Made by a program: the position numbers and the translations under genes
Source of the DNA: Synechococcus sp.
Lineage (GTDB): Bacteria; Cyanobacteriota; Cyanobacteriia; Thermostichales; PCC-7336
Length of the DNA: 29,209 bases
Assembly (NCBI GenBank): GCA_051439425.1
Contig: JBFRWD010000108.1
Location: forward strand, 1 to 29,209
Direction: 5' to 3'
The notes under the pieces: model-generated
Database searches by the model: none
The model's input: only the letters and a program-made list of their open reading frames with translations
Told to the model about the DNA's origin: nothing
Shown here: positions 28,281-29,209 of the stretch, one piece after another
Layout of the letters: every line of letters begins with the position of its first letter
Position numbering within the stretch: the stretch's first letter is position 1

Positions 28281-28437
28281 GGCCTCATACCTACATAAGC
28301 GTAAAAAGTAGTCAAACGATGAGAAACAGCTTACAGGATAAGGGTCTGTTCCTTTTTGAGTCGGAAAATTAGAATCCTTGCTTGGTCTGACTTTTTATTC
28401 ATTTGAGTACTTTTTGTACGTATGTCGGCATGGGGTC
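28281..28437. repeat. Imperfect 39-bp inverted repeats flanking a 79-bp core
   Basis: 28281-28319 versus reverse complement of 28399-28437: 29/39 identical by manual alignment. Confidence 0.65.
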
Positions 28438-28643
28438 TAAATTTCATTCAGTACTCAAACACTCTTCAACAGAGTGAATAGCAGCTCATCGGCTAAAAGC
28501 CTAATAGACCATCTCAGTAAATGCCTCCTCAACCAAACCACGACGGACACTAAGCCCACCAATGCAGCTAGACACTCCACAACCTAACGCCAGCACCGAA
28601 AGAATCACTCGGCGATCGCGTACATTGAGAGAAGGAGAATATA

Positions 28644-28970
28644 ATGTCTGACCAAGCATTAGAACGCATAGAAAAAGCCTTGCAGAGCATTGGGGCTGAT
28701 GTCAGCACCTTGAAAGCTGATGTCAGTTCCCTGAAGGATGATGTCAATACGCTCAGAAACGACCTCAAAACCGTCGATCGAAACGTGGATGTGTTGGAAG
28801 CCGATGTTAGACGGTGGGACGAACGGTTTTTCCAATTGACCCGAGATAACGCAGCTACCGCCCGCAATATTATTGTGGCGGCGGCAAGCGTTGTGATTTT
28901 TGGGTCAGCCCTCAAAGCTTTACCCGATATTTTAGAGGCGATTGCTTTATTGAGGTCTGGAGCTCAATAG
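28644..28970 (+). CDS. Coiled-coil protein with C-terminal hydrophobic helix, 108 aa
   Basis: AAGGAG RBS; heptads DVSTLKA DVSSLKD DVNTLRN DLKTVDR NVDVLEA; hydrophobic IIVAAASVVIFGSAL. Confidence 0.85.
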   Translation: MSDQALERIEKALQSIGADVSTLKADVSSLKDDVNTLRNDLKTVDRNVDVLEADVRRWDERFFQLTRDNAATARNIIVAAASVVIFGSALKALPDILEAIALLRSGAQ

Positions 28971-28992
28971 CACTTGCTAAACCAGATTAGTC

Positions 28993-29024
28993 TTCGAGCG
29001 GCCCCTTCAAAAAGCCCGCTCGAA
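28993..29024. terminator. Hairpin between convergent genes
   Basis: 9-bp perfect stem TTCGAGCGG/CCGCTCGAA. Confidence 0.5.
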
Positions 29025-29068
29025 TTGCTTGCGTAGGCATTCCATCACTCACTATCAGCCCATCGTGT

Positions 29069-29209
29069 TTAATTCGCTGTGACCAGTTGCATAGATTTAG
29101 CTTGTCGTTTAGCCACCGCATAAACATCAGCCAACCGAATCGCCTGAGCCTCATCGCAGCCGAGTGCTGTCATGAGCTGATTGGCCAATGGAGTGGAAGG
29201 AATCAATTT
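29069..29209 (-). CDS. Probable 3' end of a gene running off the window
   Basis: Open frame KLIPSTPLANQLMTALGCDEAQAIRLADVYAVAKRQAKSMQLVTAN* pointing towards the 28993 hairpin. Confidence 0.4.
   Translation of the reverse strand, partial: KLIPSTPLANQLMTALGCDEAQAIRLADVYAVAKRQAKSMQLVTAN

Overview
Cyanobacterial accessory DNA (HIP1 octamers GCGATCGC), most likely plasmid or plasmid-derived, in four parts. (1) 1-10.8 kb: four genes for secreted Ca-binding RTX-type proteins built from shared modules (a duplicated upstream block and a near-identical RTX plus C-terminal cassette). They are interleaved with IS6/IS26-family remnants and a pair of small DUF4278-like genes. (2) 12.2-21.05 kb: an intact, HIP1-rich, chromosome-like block (orphan multi-GAF HisKA_3 kinase, MFS transporter, fasciclin protein, glgX) with IS ends close on both sides. 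(3) 21-26.2 kb: IS debris, a membrane protein, a pentapeptide-repeat protein, a dead serine recombinase and a hairpin-dense non-coding stretch. (4) 26.3-29.2 kb: a type Ib-like partition locus (ParA plus a small RHH-like protein). The most striking structure lies just downstream of it: 77 uninterrupted in-phase heptamers (YRGWWWC, 539 bp) arranged in 98/105-bp higher-order repeats. The same heptad recurs over the parA promoter region and inside the partner gene, making it a candidate satellite-like plasmid centromere. All family calls come from motif recognition by eye; no searches were run.
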